Assembly (NCBI GenBank): GCA_027320085.1
Contig: DAHVLZ010000019.1
Span: 32,001 to 96,000, forward strand
Direction: 5' to 3'
From: Pseudomonadota bacterium
GTDB lineage: Bacteria > Pseudomonadota > Gammaproteobacteria > JAKAQQ01
Length of the DNA stretch: 64,000 nucleotides
Notes under the pieces: model-generated
What the model was told of the DNA's origin: nothing
The model's database searches: none
What the model saw: only the letters and a program-made list of their open reading frames with translations
Translations under genes and position numbers: made by a program
Shown: positions 53,761 through 62,344 of the stretch, in pieces
Numbering within the stretch: position 1 is the first letter of the stretch
Layout of the letters: every line of letters starts with the position of its first letter

Positions 53761-56700
53761 CAGATTCCCGGGGCACCGGCAGCGGCGCGGGTTCTTGCAG
53801 GACCAGTTTCAGGGGTTTTTCTCCCCGGCCGAACCCCTGGTTGAGCTTCGCCAGTTCGGTCCGGATCCGGCGAAATGCCGACCGGAATGCCTGCAGGCGG
53901 ATCTCGGCCTGATGGAAGGCTTGCAACTGGCTTTGGGTCGGTGCGCGCTGGGCTCCATCGATCATGCCCAGGAGAACGCCAAAGTGACCCGCGAGGACTT
54001 CTGCCCGGGCTGCCTGGATGGCCTGGTTCAGGTGCCGGCTGAAGCGAGTCAGCTGTTGGCGGGGATTTCCGTGGCTGTGATGGATCCGCCCGCGAACTTC
54101 GGCAACCAGTCTCCCGAGGGCGTGACTCCGCGCGGTGATTGCCGTTATGGCGTTGGCGGTCTGGGCGGCCAGGCGGTATTGCACCCACGCCTCCTGGACA
54201 CTGAGGTGGCTGTTCGGATCGAGCCTCACGACCAGCGGCCGTTCATACCGGTGGCCGTCGACCTGGAGGATCAGGCGGTAACGGCCCGGGGGAACCAGGG
54301 GGCCCTCAGGGCTCACGGGTGTATTGTGCAGCAATCCGGGGCCACCCCATCCGTAGTGCAGGGCCCATGGTTGGCGGGTCCTCAGGTGCCAGACGAAGCG
54401 GTTAAGCCCCGGGTGGTTTGGCAGGCGGTTGATGGGTGCCTTCCAAAACCGGGGAAAGGGCGCGCGGCCCAGGGGTTGGGGATCGCTGTCTGTAGCGCTT
54501 GAAAAAACCCGGAGCACCGTCCCGGATCTGGTTTCGATGGTGAGTGTGATGGGCGTTTCGACTCGCGACTTCAGGTAGTAATCGACAATCGCTCCGGCAG
54601 GCGGGTTTTTGGCGTGCGGCACCTCCGGTGGAAAGGGCTCGGCGCGAAAACGGATGCGCGGGATGCGGTAGGCCGTCTCCGGCTGGTAGAGGAAAGCCGT
54701 TTTCCGGGCAATCCCGGACTTGTCCTGGAAAAGGGAGGTGATGTCATCCAGGACCCAGATGCCCCGTCCATGGGTTCCCACGATGAGGTCGTTGCCATGA
54801 ACGGCGATGTCATGGATGGCCGTGGTGGGCAGGTTGAGGTTGAATGGTTGCCAGAGCCGACCCTGGTTGAAGGACACGTAGAGGCCGAACTCCGTTCCGG
54901 CGAAGAGGAGGCCCCGGCGCTTGGGATCCGCCCGGACCACGTGGACGTAATCGTCAGAAGGCAGGCCTTTGACCAAAAGTGACCAGCGTCGACCGAAATC
55001 CGTTGTCCGGTAAATGTAGGGGTGGTCATCATTGACCCGATGTCGGTCGACTGCCAGATAAGCGGTGGCCGCAGAGAAAGGCGAGGCCTGGATCCGGTCG
55101 ATCCGGCTCCAGGGGTCCAGCCCGGCCGGTGTGACCTGTTGCCAGTAGTCGCCATTCCGGGTGAGCCATACCCGGCCGTTCGTCGTGCCAGCCCAGATCT
55201 CACCGAACCGGCGGGGCGAGGGGGCGAGACTATAAACAGTGCCGTAGCCGAGTGCCGTGGCATTTTGGAGCGTGGGCTTCGGAAGGGGGTGCTTTCCGGG
55301 TTTGGACGGACGGGCACCGGTCAGGTCGGGACTGATGATTTTCCAGCTCTGACCGTCGTTATCCGACTGCCAGACGATCTGGGCGCCCAGATACAGGATG
55401 TGTGGATTCTCCGGCGAGAAGGCCAGGGGGACAACCCAGGGATACCGGTACCGGACGAGCGGCAGTGGAGTTCCGAAGGTGCTGTAGATCCAGGGGGAGA
55501 TATTCTGGGAGTCCCCGGTGAGACTGTCATAGCGGGACACGCTGCCTCCGATGTCGGTCCCGAAGACAATGTGGGGATCCACAGGATCGGGGAGGGCGTA
55601 TCCGGCTTCCCCGCCAGCCGTAGGGTTCCAGGAGTGGTTGCTCAGGATCCCCCGACGGCTGCGGCTTGGGATATCCAGGCTCCCCGAATCCTGCTGGGTT
55701 GCATAGATGTGGTAGCGGAAGCGGTTGTCGGTCGTGAGCCGGTAGATCTGGGCCGTGGGCTCGTTGAACCAGGGTGTCCACGTTTTTCCGCCATCCATCG
55801 AAATGGAAGCCCCTTGGTCGACACCGATGATCATGCGATCGGGATTTTCGGGATCCATCCAGAGGGAGTGGAAATCGTCACCGCTGGGGGAGCCTTTGAT
55901 GCAGGTGAAATGCAGACCGCCATCGGTGGATTCGTACATCGCGGTATTGAGGACGTAGACCACCCGCGCATTGCGTGGATTCACGTAAACTCCGCCAAAA
56001 TACCAGCCCCGTCCCCACAGCCGATGGGTGTGGTTGATGAGGGTCCAGTGATGGCCTCCGTCGGTTGAACGATACAGTCCGCCACCCTGACGGGCACTGA
56101 CGATGGCATAAAACAGTCGCCCGTTGCCGGCGATGGCGAGCCCGATCCGGCCGGGATGGTGGGGCAGGCCAACCGTCCGGAGCGGTTGCCAATGCTGTCC
56201 ACCGTCCATGGAACGCCAGATCCCGCTGCCCGCACCCTGCAGGGGCGGGTACTGGCTCCAGGGGGGGCGGACCGCGTTCCAGAGCACGGCGTAGAGTTCA
56301 TCGCGGGGATCACGGGGGTTCGCGATCAGCTGGATCGCTCCGGTTAGGTCATTGTGGTAAAGCACCCGTGTCCAGTGACGACCACCATCCGTGGTCCGGA
56401 AGACGCCCCGTGTCCGGTTGGGTCCGAAAGCATGCCCCATGGCGGCGACCACGACGATGTTGGGGTTTTGGGGATTGACCCAGATGGAACTGATTTGCTG
56501 GCTTTGGACCAGCCCGATCCGGTGCCAGGTGAGCCCACCGTTGTCCGAGCGGAACATGCCGCCTCCGGTCGAGAGATCGGACCGCATGTCCGCCTCGCCG
56601 GTTCCGGCGTAGAGGATCCGGGGATTGGACGGGGCTACGGCGAGGGCGCCAATCGAGGAGACGGGCTCATGCTGGAAAAGCGGATGCCAGACGGTCCCGC

Positions 56701-56920
56701 CGTCGGTCGTCTTGAAGATGCCTCCATCGACGGACCCGAAATAGTAGGTTTCGGGCTCGTCGGAAACCCCCGCCACCGCGAGCACGCGCCCGCCCCGGGT
56801 GGGGCCGATGAAACGCCAGTGAAGGCCTTGGTAGAGGCTTTGCGGCATGGCCTGGACTGAAGGAGCCAGGCAGAAACCCAACAGGACGAGGAAAGCAAGG
56901 CGGAAACGAAAACGGGACAT
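53744..56920 (-). CDS. exported VPS10/BNR-repeat (sortilin-like) protein of unknown substrate
   Basis: Signal peptide; WRFIGPTRGGR, many S/T-x-D-G-G-x-x-W Asp-boxes, THGRG.W.LDD, Ig-like insert and helical C-terminus. Confidence 0.88.
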   Translation of the reverse strand: MSRFRFRLAFLVLLGFCLAPSVQAMPQSLYQGLHWRFIGPTRGGRVLAVAGVSDEPETYYFGSVDGGIFKTTDGGTVWHPLFQHEPVSSIGALAVAPSNPRILYAGTGEADMRSDLSTGGGMFRSDNGGLTWHRIGLVQSQQISSIWVNPQNPNIVVVAAMGHAFGPNRTRGVFRTTDGGRHWTRVLYHNDLTGAIQLIANPRDPRDELYAVLWNAVRPPWSQYPPLQGAGSGIWRSMDGGQHWQPLRTVGLPHHPGRIGLAIAGNGRLFYAIVSARQGGGLYRSTDGGHHWTLINHTHRLWGRGWYFGGVYVNPRNARVVYVLNTAMYESTDGGLHFTCIKGSPSGDDFHSLWMDPENPDRMIIGVDQGASISMDGGKTWTPWFNEPTAQIYRLTTDNRFRYHIYATQQDSGSLDIPSRSRRGILSNHSWNPTAGGEAGYALPDPVDPHIVFGTDIGGSVSRYDSLTGDSQNISPWIYSTFGTPLPLVRYRYPWVVPLAFSPENPHILYLGAQIVWQSDNDGQSWKIISPDLTGARPSKPGKHPLPKPTLQNATALGYGTVYSLAPSPRRFGEIWAGTTNGRVWLTRNGDYWQQVTPAGLDPWSRIDRIQASPFSAATAYLAVDRHRVNDDHPYIYRTTDFGRRWSLLVKGLPSDDYVHVVRADPKRRGLLFAGTEFGLYVSFNQGRLWQPFNLNLPTTAIHDIAVHGNDLIVGTHGRGIWVLDDITSLFQDKSGIARKTAFLYQPETAYRIPRIRFRAEPFPPEVPHAKNPPAGAIVDYYLKSRVETPITLTIETRSGTVLRVFSSATDSDPQPLGRAPFPRFWKAPINRLPNHPGLNRFVWHLRTRQPWALHYGWGGPGLLHNTPVSPEGPLVPPGRYRLILQVDGHRYERPLVVRLDPNSHLSVQEAWVQYRLAAQTANAITAITARSHALGRLVAEVRGRIHHSHGNPRQQLTRFSRHLNQAIQAARAEVLAGHFGVLLGMIDGAQRAPTQSQLQAFHQAEIRLQAFRSAFRRIRTELAKLNQGFGRGEKPLKLVLQEPAPLPVPRESDVELF

Positions 56921-57057
56921 GGACATACCCTCCACGGGACGGTTCCGGGCGTCCGCCTGATTCTATCACCCGGGTTTGCGCTCGCGGGCGGAAGCTCGAG
57001 GCGACGGGGTTTTTGCGATTCGGGTAAGCTCACGGTCTCGCCGCGAGTCTGTCCCCG

Positions 57058-57936
57058 GTGTCCCCGAACGAACCTCCGAGCATCGTCGTCCAGCGCCTTC
57101 CGGCCAATCGCAAGGGACGGGATTTTGTCCTGAGCGATGTGCATGGGTGCCGGAATACCCTTGAGCGGCTTTTGAACCGCGTCCGCTTCGACGCCGCCCG
57201 GGACCGGTTGCTGTCCGTGGGCGACCTGATCGATCGCGGACCCGAGTCGATGGCCTGTCTCGACTTTCTGGATGAGCCCTGGTTCCACGCGGTGCAGGGC
57301 AATCACGAGCAGATGCTGCTCCATTTCTGTGCGCGGTCGATGGCGGAGGGCGGGCGCGTGATTTGGGAAGAGAACGATGATTTTCTCCTGAATGGGGGCT
57401 ACTGGATCGAGCGCGAACTGGTGGACCGTCGCCGGCGTCTGGGGACACGTCTCATGGAGGTCCTGGAAACCGTGGGGCGTCTGCCCCACATCCTGGTGGT
57501 CGGGGAGGGGGCGGAACGCTATCAGGTCATTCATGCCGAACTTTCCCAGTCGAGCCTCGATTACGAGCCGCCGGTTTACGGGGACCGGGATATCGACCAG
57601 TCATTTGAAAACCTGGGTCCGGGGGAGCGTGAACAGCTCGGTGAAACCCTGACCTGGGGACGTCGGATCATGCACCTTCGTTCAAAGCGGAGCTGGCCCG
57701 AGCGTCATTCTGACCTGTCCGTCACCTACTGTGGGCATACGCCGTCACCGGAGGTGCGCCGGCGGCTGTCCCATGTCTGTATCGACACCGGAGGATATCT
57801 GCCGCTGGTTTCCGGGGAACGGATCGACCAGGAGTGGGGACTGACCATGATTGAGCCGGCGACCGACACGGTGTATTTCGCACAGACGGATGAGCGACCC
57901 GGCTGGGCCGCATGGCGCGGCCGGACTTATCGGTGA
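57058..57936 (+). CDS. PPP-family metallophosphoesterase (PphA/PrpA-like)
   Basis: SDVHG, VGDLIDRGPES, GNHE, HA, GHTP, IDTG. Confidence 0.9.
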   Translation: MSPNEPPSIVVQRLPANRKGRDFVLSDVHGCRNTLERLLNRVRFDAARDRLLSVGDLIDRGPESMACLDFLDEPWFHAVQGNHEQMLLHFCARSMAEGGRVIWEENDDFLLNGGYWIERELVDRRRRLGTRLMEVLETVGRLPHILVVGEGAERYQVIHAELSQSSLDYEPPVYGDRDIDQSFENLGPGEREQLGETLTWGRRIMHLRSKRSWPERHSDLSVTYCGHTPSPEVRRRLSHVCIDTGGYLPLVSGERIDQEWGLTMIEPATDTVYFAQTDERPGWAAWRGRTYR

Positions 57937-58205
57937 GGATCGCGGGCGCGCGAGGGGAAGTAGCCCGGGATCCGGTGAATCGTCGCAGCCGGACCGTAGC
58001 GGTTGTAGAGGTGGAGGAGCGGATCCTTCAGGGTCAGGCTGATCGCCATGATGAGATAGCCCCCGAGTGCCACGAGCCCGAGACTGATCCGCACGCGGGA
58101 GCGGGCCAGCTTCGGGAATCGCTGCGGTCGGATCAGCACGATGGCCAGCAGGAAAAATGCTGCGATCGAAAGGATCAGGAAAAAGGCAACGACAAAAGAC
58201 CACAT
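57927..58205 (-). CDS. small two-TM membrane protein, unknown function
   Basis: ATG 58205 with GGAG RBS; two hydrophobic stretches (WSFVVAFFLILSIAAFFLLAIVLI; ISLGLVALGGYLIMAISLTL); fills otherwise empty space. Confidence 0.6.
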   Translation of the reverse strand: MWSFVVAFFLILSIAAFFLLAIVLIRPQRFPKLARSRVRISLGLVALGGYLIMAISLTLKDPLLHLYNRYGPAATIHRIPGYFPSRARDPHR

Positions 58206-58324
58206 GGAACGCTCCGCCTCCGCGGAAAACCGGACAGGACAAAACCGCACATCGGGAACCCGCGTGCGCGGGGACCGCGTGACGGAGTGGATTCATCATA
58301 CTCGATTTACCGGACGGACTGCGG

Positions 58325-59617
58325 ATGATCCGGGTGGGGACGCTTCCCCAAAAGTTTGCGGGAATGCTCCGGCTCCCGGGCAGCAAGTACGTTGCCAATC
58401 GTGCCTTCCTCATGGCTGCACTCGCCCGGGGAACCAGTGTGATCGAAAACGCCCCGGACAACCAGGACATAGAACGGGCGCGTGATTTCGGTTTTTTCCT
58501 CGGTGCCGATCTTTGCCGGGACGGGGAGGAGTGGCTGGTTCGAGGTGTTGCAGGATGCCCGGAATGGAGAAAACCAAAGGTGTTTTTCTGTGGCGAGAGC
58601 GGGACCCTGGCCCGCTGGGCTTTGGCCCTGGCCACACTGTCTTCAGATCCGATCCGGCTCGAGGGTGCCCCGCGACTCCAGGAACGGCCGATGGCGGAAC
58701 TGGTGTCTGTGCTCATGAACCTGGGTGCGCGGATCGAGCCGGAAAACGCAAGGGGATTGCCGCTTTCGATATCGGGACCCCTGCGCGGTGGACGGGTGAC
58801 GCTTTCAGGACAGGTCAGCAGTCAGTTTGGCAGCGCCCTCCTCACGCTGGCACCCCTTTTGCCGGAGGGGCTGGTCATCGATTTCACCCATCCCCCCGTT
58901 TCCCGGAGCTATCTCGAACTCACGCTCGAAACCCTGCGGACCTTTGGCGTCTCGGGAAGATGCGATCCGGACTGGCATCTCGAGGTTCCGGGCGGACAGC
59001 ACTACCGGGCGACCCGCATCCGGATTGACCCGGATCCGGTCCTCGCGGGCTACTTCATGGCGTTGCCGGCCGTACTGGGCGGCAGCCTCCACCTGCCCGG
59101 CTTTTTCCCCAAGGATGCGGGTGAGGGGAGAGTGGCCACGCTCCTCTCCCGCATGGGTCTGTCGGTCCGCGCCGGCGCGGAGGGTCTCACGGTTCTTGCC
59201 TCCGGAGAACCGCTCTGTGCCTTGGGGACCGTGGATCTGTCGGATGCGCCCGATGGGGTCCCCACGCTGGCCGTTCTCGCTGCACTGGCGGAATCCGGGA
59301 CCACCCGGTTTACCGGCATCGGTCATTTGCGGTACAAGGAATCCGACCGGCTCCTGGATCTGGCCCGCGAGATGGTCGCGGCGGGCCTCAACGTCCGGGT
59401 CGAGGCCGGAGACTTGGTCATTCACGGGGGCGGGCGATTGCAGCCGGTGGTTTTGGACGCGCATGGGGATCACCGGCTGGCCATGAGTTTTGCCCTACTG
59501 GCGGTGGCCTGTCCCGGGCTTTCCATCCGCGGGGAAGCCAGTGTCGGGAAGTCTTCCCCGGATTTCTGGCGTAGACTCGAATCCCTCGGTATTTCCTGGG
59601 TTCCCGCCCGTGACTGA
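58325..59617 (+). CDS. aroA: 3-phosphoshikimate 1-carboxyvinyltransferase (divergent)
   Basis: LPGSK...NRA, SGT..R, ERPM, SSQF, KESDRL, DHRLAMSF, KS.PDFW. Confidence 0.85.
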   Translation: MIRVGTLPQKFAGMLRLPGSKYVANRAFLMAALARGTSVIENAPDNQDIERARDFGFFLGADLCRDGEEWLVRGVAGCPEWRKPKVFFCGESGTLARWALALATLSSDPIRLEGAPRLQERPMAELVSVLMNLGARIEPENARGLPLSISGPLRGGRVTLSGQVSSQFGSALLTLAPLLPEGLVIDFTHPPVSRSYLELTLETLRTFGVSGRCDPDWHLEVPGGQHYRATRIRIDPDPVLAGYFMALPAVLGGSLHLPGFFPKDAGEGRVATLLSRMGLSVRAGAEGLTVLASGEPLCALGTVDLSDAPDGVPTLAVLAALAESGTTRFTGIGHLRYKESDRLLDLAREMVAAGLNVRVEAGDLVIHGGGRLQPVVLDAHGDHRLAMSFALLAVACPGLSIRGEASVGKSSPDFWRRLESLGISWVPARD

Positions 59618-59726
59618 CCAGACGAAGAAAGATGGAACGGGGATGCCTGAACCCGGGATTGATGGGGGGGCTCCAGCCCGGGCGGTTTCAGGTGGCGGAA
59701 ACTTTGGGGTGGGACGGTGTCTCCCC

Positions 59727-60173
59727 ATGCGGTCCGGTTTAGTCGTGCTCCTCATGATCGGGCTTGCGGCATGCAACATGACCGGTTCCGCATCCGGACA
59801 TTTAGGACGCGACCGGAACCCCAGCCCGGTCACCGCTCCGGGCAAGACTTCCCGGGTGCTCCCGGCCCCAGTCACCCGTTTGACGTTACGCGTGCTGGCC
59901 CGGATGCGGGCCGGGCAGGATCCGGCGGTGCTCAGTGAAGCGGGGCGCTGGCAAGTCGACCGGAAGGGACGCTTGGATCTCGTGATCCGGCTCCAGGGGC
60001 ATTGGGCCCCGCTGGTCCGCTGGATCCGGCATCAGGGGGGGCGGGTTGTGGCCGTGGTTCCCCTGGTGCACGAGTGCGAGGCCTGGATTCCGGCGGATCA
60101 GGTGGCTCGTCTGTCCCGGAGACCAGGGGTGGTTCTTGTCCGGTTTCCGCATTATGCTATGAACCGAAGGTAA
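59727..60173 (+). CDS. lipoprotein resembling the propeptide of the downstream subtilase
   Basis: MRSGLVVLLMIGLAAC lipobox; C-terminal ~100 aa align by eye with residues ~50-149 of the next gene; stop overlaps that gene's TAAGGAG RBS. Confidence 0.8.
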   Translation: MRSGLVVLLMIGLAACNMTGSASGHLGRDRNPSPVTAPGKTSRVLPAPVTRLTLRVLARMRAGQDPAVLSEAGRWQVDRKGRLDLVIRLQGHWAPLVRWIRHQGGRVVAVVPLVHECEAWIPADQVARLSRRPGVVLVRFPHYAMNRR

Positions 60174-60185
60174 GGAGTATTCATC

Positions 60186-62252
60186 ATGATGAAAGCTGTT
60201 TTCAGACTGGTTGTCGCGTTCGGGCTCGTCACAGCCTCGATCGGACTGGCCAAGGCCGGCAACAACCCGGTGAACCTAAGCAAGCTGGCGCCCGCCCTGC
60301 GGGAGGTGGCGAATGCGGCCCATGCGCCTCAGGCTCTCGCACGTGTGCAGGCGGAAGGCTATGTGTCAGGGTTGAGCAATGAGGTCCGGCCGGCTCCCGG
60401 CCAGGTCCGGTGGAATCGGGAGGGTGCGGTCCAGGTGGACGTGCGCTTTGCCACACCGCTCGCTCTCGGGGCCACACAAGCGTCCTTGCGTGCACTGGGT
60501 GCGCGCGGACTCGTCACCGACCCGTACAACAGCATTGCCGAGATGTGGCTGTCTCCGGCCAGCCTGATGCAAGTGGCGGCCCTGCCCGGTGTCCAGGCGA
60601 TCACGGTGCCGCACTATGCGGTGGTGAGACGGGAGGTCGCCTACGGATCGAATCCAACCTACTACGATACCGCGGGGTCGAATGCCTTGGGAGCCGTTGC
60701 CTTCGCCAATGCGACGGGGGATATCGGGTCGGGAATCAGCGTCGGGGTGATTTCGGATGGCGCCCAGGACTACCAGACGGATGTCCAGCAGGGGTACCTT
60801 CCGAGCACTGTCTGGATTGATCCCAATGACTCGAAATACAAATCGTCGGGGAACGAGGGCGCTGCCATGATGCAGATCGTCTACGACTCGGCGCCCGGCG
60901 TGAAACTCGGATTTTGTGGGCCGTCGACGGACATCCAATTCCTCTCCTGCCTGAGCGACTTCGAGAGTTCGTCCTTCAAGGCCAACATCATTGTGGACGA
61001 CCTCGGTTTCCCGGGGGTGGCCATGTTCCAGAACGGGACGTTTGCGACGGGAGTCGCGAGTTTTGCCCAGTCCAACCCGAGCGTCCACCTGGTCACCGCA
61101 GCCGGCAACGACAACCAGGCCTTCTGGCAGGGGACGTTCACGCCGATGACCCTGAGTACCCCGCTGACTCTGAATGGGGTTACCTATACGGAAGCCAACA
61201 ATTTCGGGACCAGTGCCAATCCCAATCCTTATGCAGATGTGGGCATCGCGTCAACCGACACTGATTACTGGATTCTGGAATGGGCCGATCCTTGGGAAAG
61301 CCCGGTCGGGGATTACGATGTGGTGGTCTATGCCCAAAAGCCGGGTGGGACGCCCGTGGCCTGCAACCAGGGTGACCAGATCGATTCGACGGGCTGCTCG
61401 TTTTCGACCACGCCCGGTACGAGCCCGGGACCCAATCCGGTCCAGGGGAATGCCTATAAGAATACCGCGACGACTGCCCAGATCCTCTACATCGAGGTCC
61501 TGCTGCGCAACAGCACGACACCGAGTACCTCGCTCAAGCTCCTGACCGGATCGGTGAGTTCCCACGCGCTTTTCCTGAACCCGGATTCCCCGAACGGCAG
61601 CATCTATGGGCAGTCCGCCCTGCCCCAGGAGTTTACGGTCGGCGCCATGGATGTCGATGAAGTGGGTAGCAGCACCGCGAAGATCGAACACTACAGTTCG
61701 ACCGGTCCGGTTGATTTCGAGTACTCCTCCCTCACCTCGACGACCCCCTCGCCCACTTCGATTCCCAAACCGGACATCACGGGGGTGGACGGGGTCACGA
61801 TCAACCCGCTGAGCGGTTTCACCCCGCCCTTTTTTGGCACGTCGGCGGCCGCGCCCCACATTGCAGCGCTCATGGCCCTGCTTCTCCAGCACGCCCCCAC
61901 TACCAATCCCGAATCGACCCTGAAGACGGTTTCCAGCCTCCCCGGGGGGGCACCTGCGACCGGGGCCAGTAGCATTTATGGTGCCGGTGTGCCCTGCCTT
62001 GCGAAACTGACGGCTGCGGGTGTTTCGGCCTGCAATCCCGACTCGACGGCTACCATCACGGTGGGTGGCAGTTCCTCTTCCGGGAGCAGCAGCTCGAGTT
62101 CCGGTGGGGGAGGGGGGGGGCTGGGTCCGATCGTCCTTCTCCTGCTGGCCGGTTTTGCGTGGGGTGGTGGATGGGCAAGCCGCCGGCGGAAGGGTGTTGG
62201 GTGTCCAACCGATCGGGGAGGGCCACGAAATTCGGCGCTGTCATTGGAATAG
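60186..62252 (+). CDS. secreted subtilase (S8/S53-like, Glu at the His position) with GlyGly-CTERM-type anchor
   Basis: Signal peptide, propeptide, VGVISDG, GNEGAAMMQIVYD.AP, AAGND, YSS.GP, KPDITGVDG, FFGTSAAAPH; tail SSSSGGGGGGLGPIVLLLLAGF..RRRK. Confidence 0.9.
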   Translation: MMKAVFRLVVAFGLVTASIGLAKAGNNPVNLSKLAPALREVANAAHAPQALARVQAEGYVSGLSNEVRPAPGQVRWNREGAVQVDVRFATPLALGATQASLRALGARGLVTDPYNSIAEMWLSPASLMQVAALPGVQAITVPHYAVVRREVAYGSNPTYYDTAGSNALGAVAFANATGDIGSGISVGVISDGAQDYQTDVQQGYLPSTVWIDPNDSKYKSSGNEGAAMMQIVYDSAPGVKLGFCGPSTDIQFLSCLSDFESSSFKANIIVDDLGFPGVAMFQNGTFATGVASFAQSNPSVHLVTAAGNDNQAFWQGTFTPMTLSTPLTLNGVTYTEANNFGTSANPNPYADVGIASTDTDYWILEWADPWESPVGDYDVVVYAQKPGGTPVACNQGDQIDSTGCSFSTTPGTSPGPNPVQGNAYKNTATTAQILYIEVLLRNSTTPSTSLKLLTGSVSSHALFLNPDSPNGSIYGQSALPQEFTVGAMDVDEVGSSTAKIEHYSSTGPVDFEYSSLTSTTPSPTSIPKPDITGVDGVTINPLSGFTPPFFGTSAAAPHIAALMALLLQHAPTTNPESTLKTVSSLPGGAPATGASSIYGAGVPCLAKLTAAGVSACNPDSTATITVGGSSSSGSSSSSSGGGGGGLGPIVLLLLAGFAWGGGWASRRRKGVGCPTDRGGPRNSALSLE

Positions 62253-62275
62253 ATTCGGGTGGAATAGATTCCGGG
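62245..62275. repeat. near-perfect tandem repeat TGGAATAGATT(C)CGGG x2
   Basis: 62245-62259 and 62260-62275, spanning the subtilase stop codon. Confidence 0.6.
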
Positions 62276-62344
62276 TGATTCAGCCTGACCGCCCAGGGCG
62301 GGGAAGCTTTGAGCCCCAAGGTTGAGGGCCCGTCTGTTCCACCG

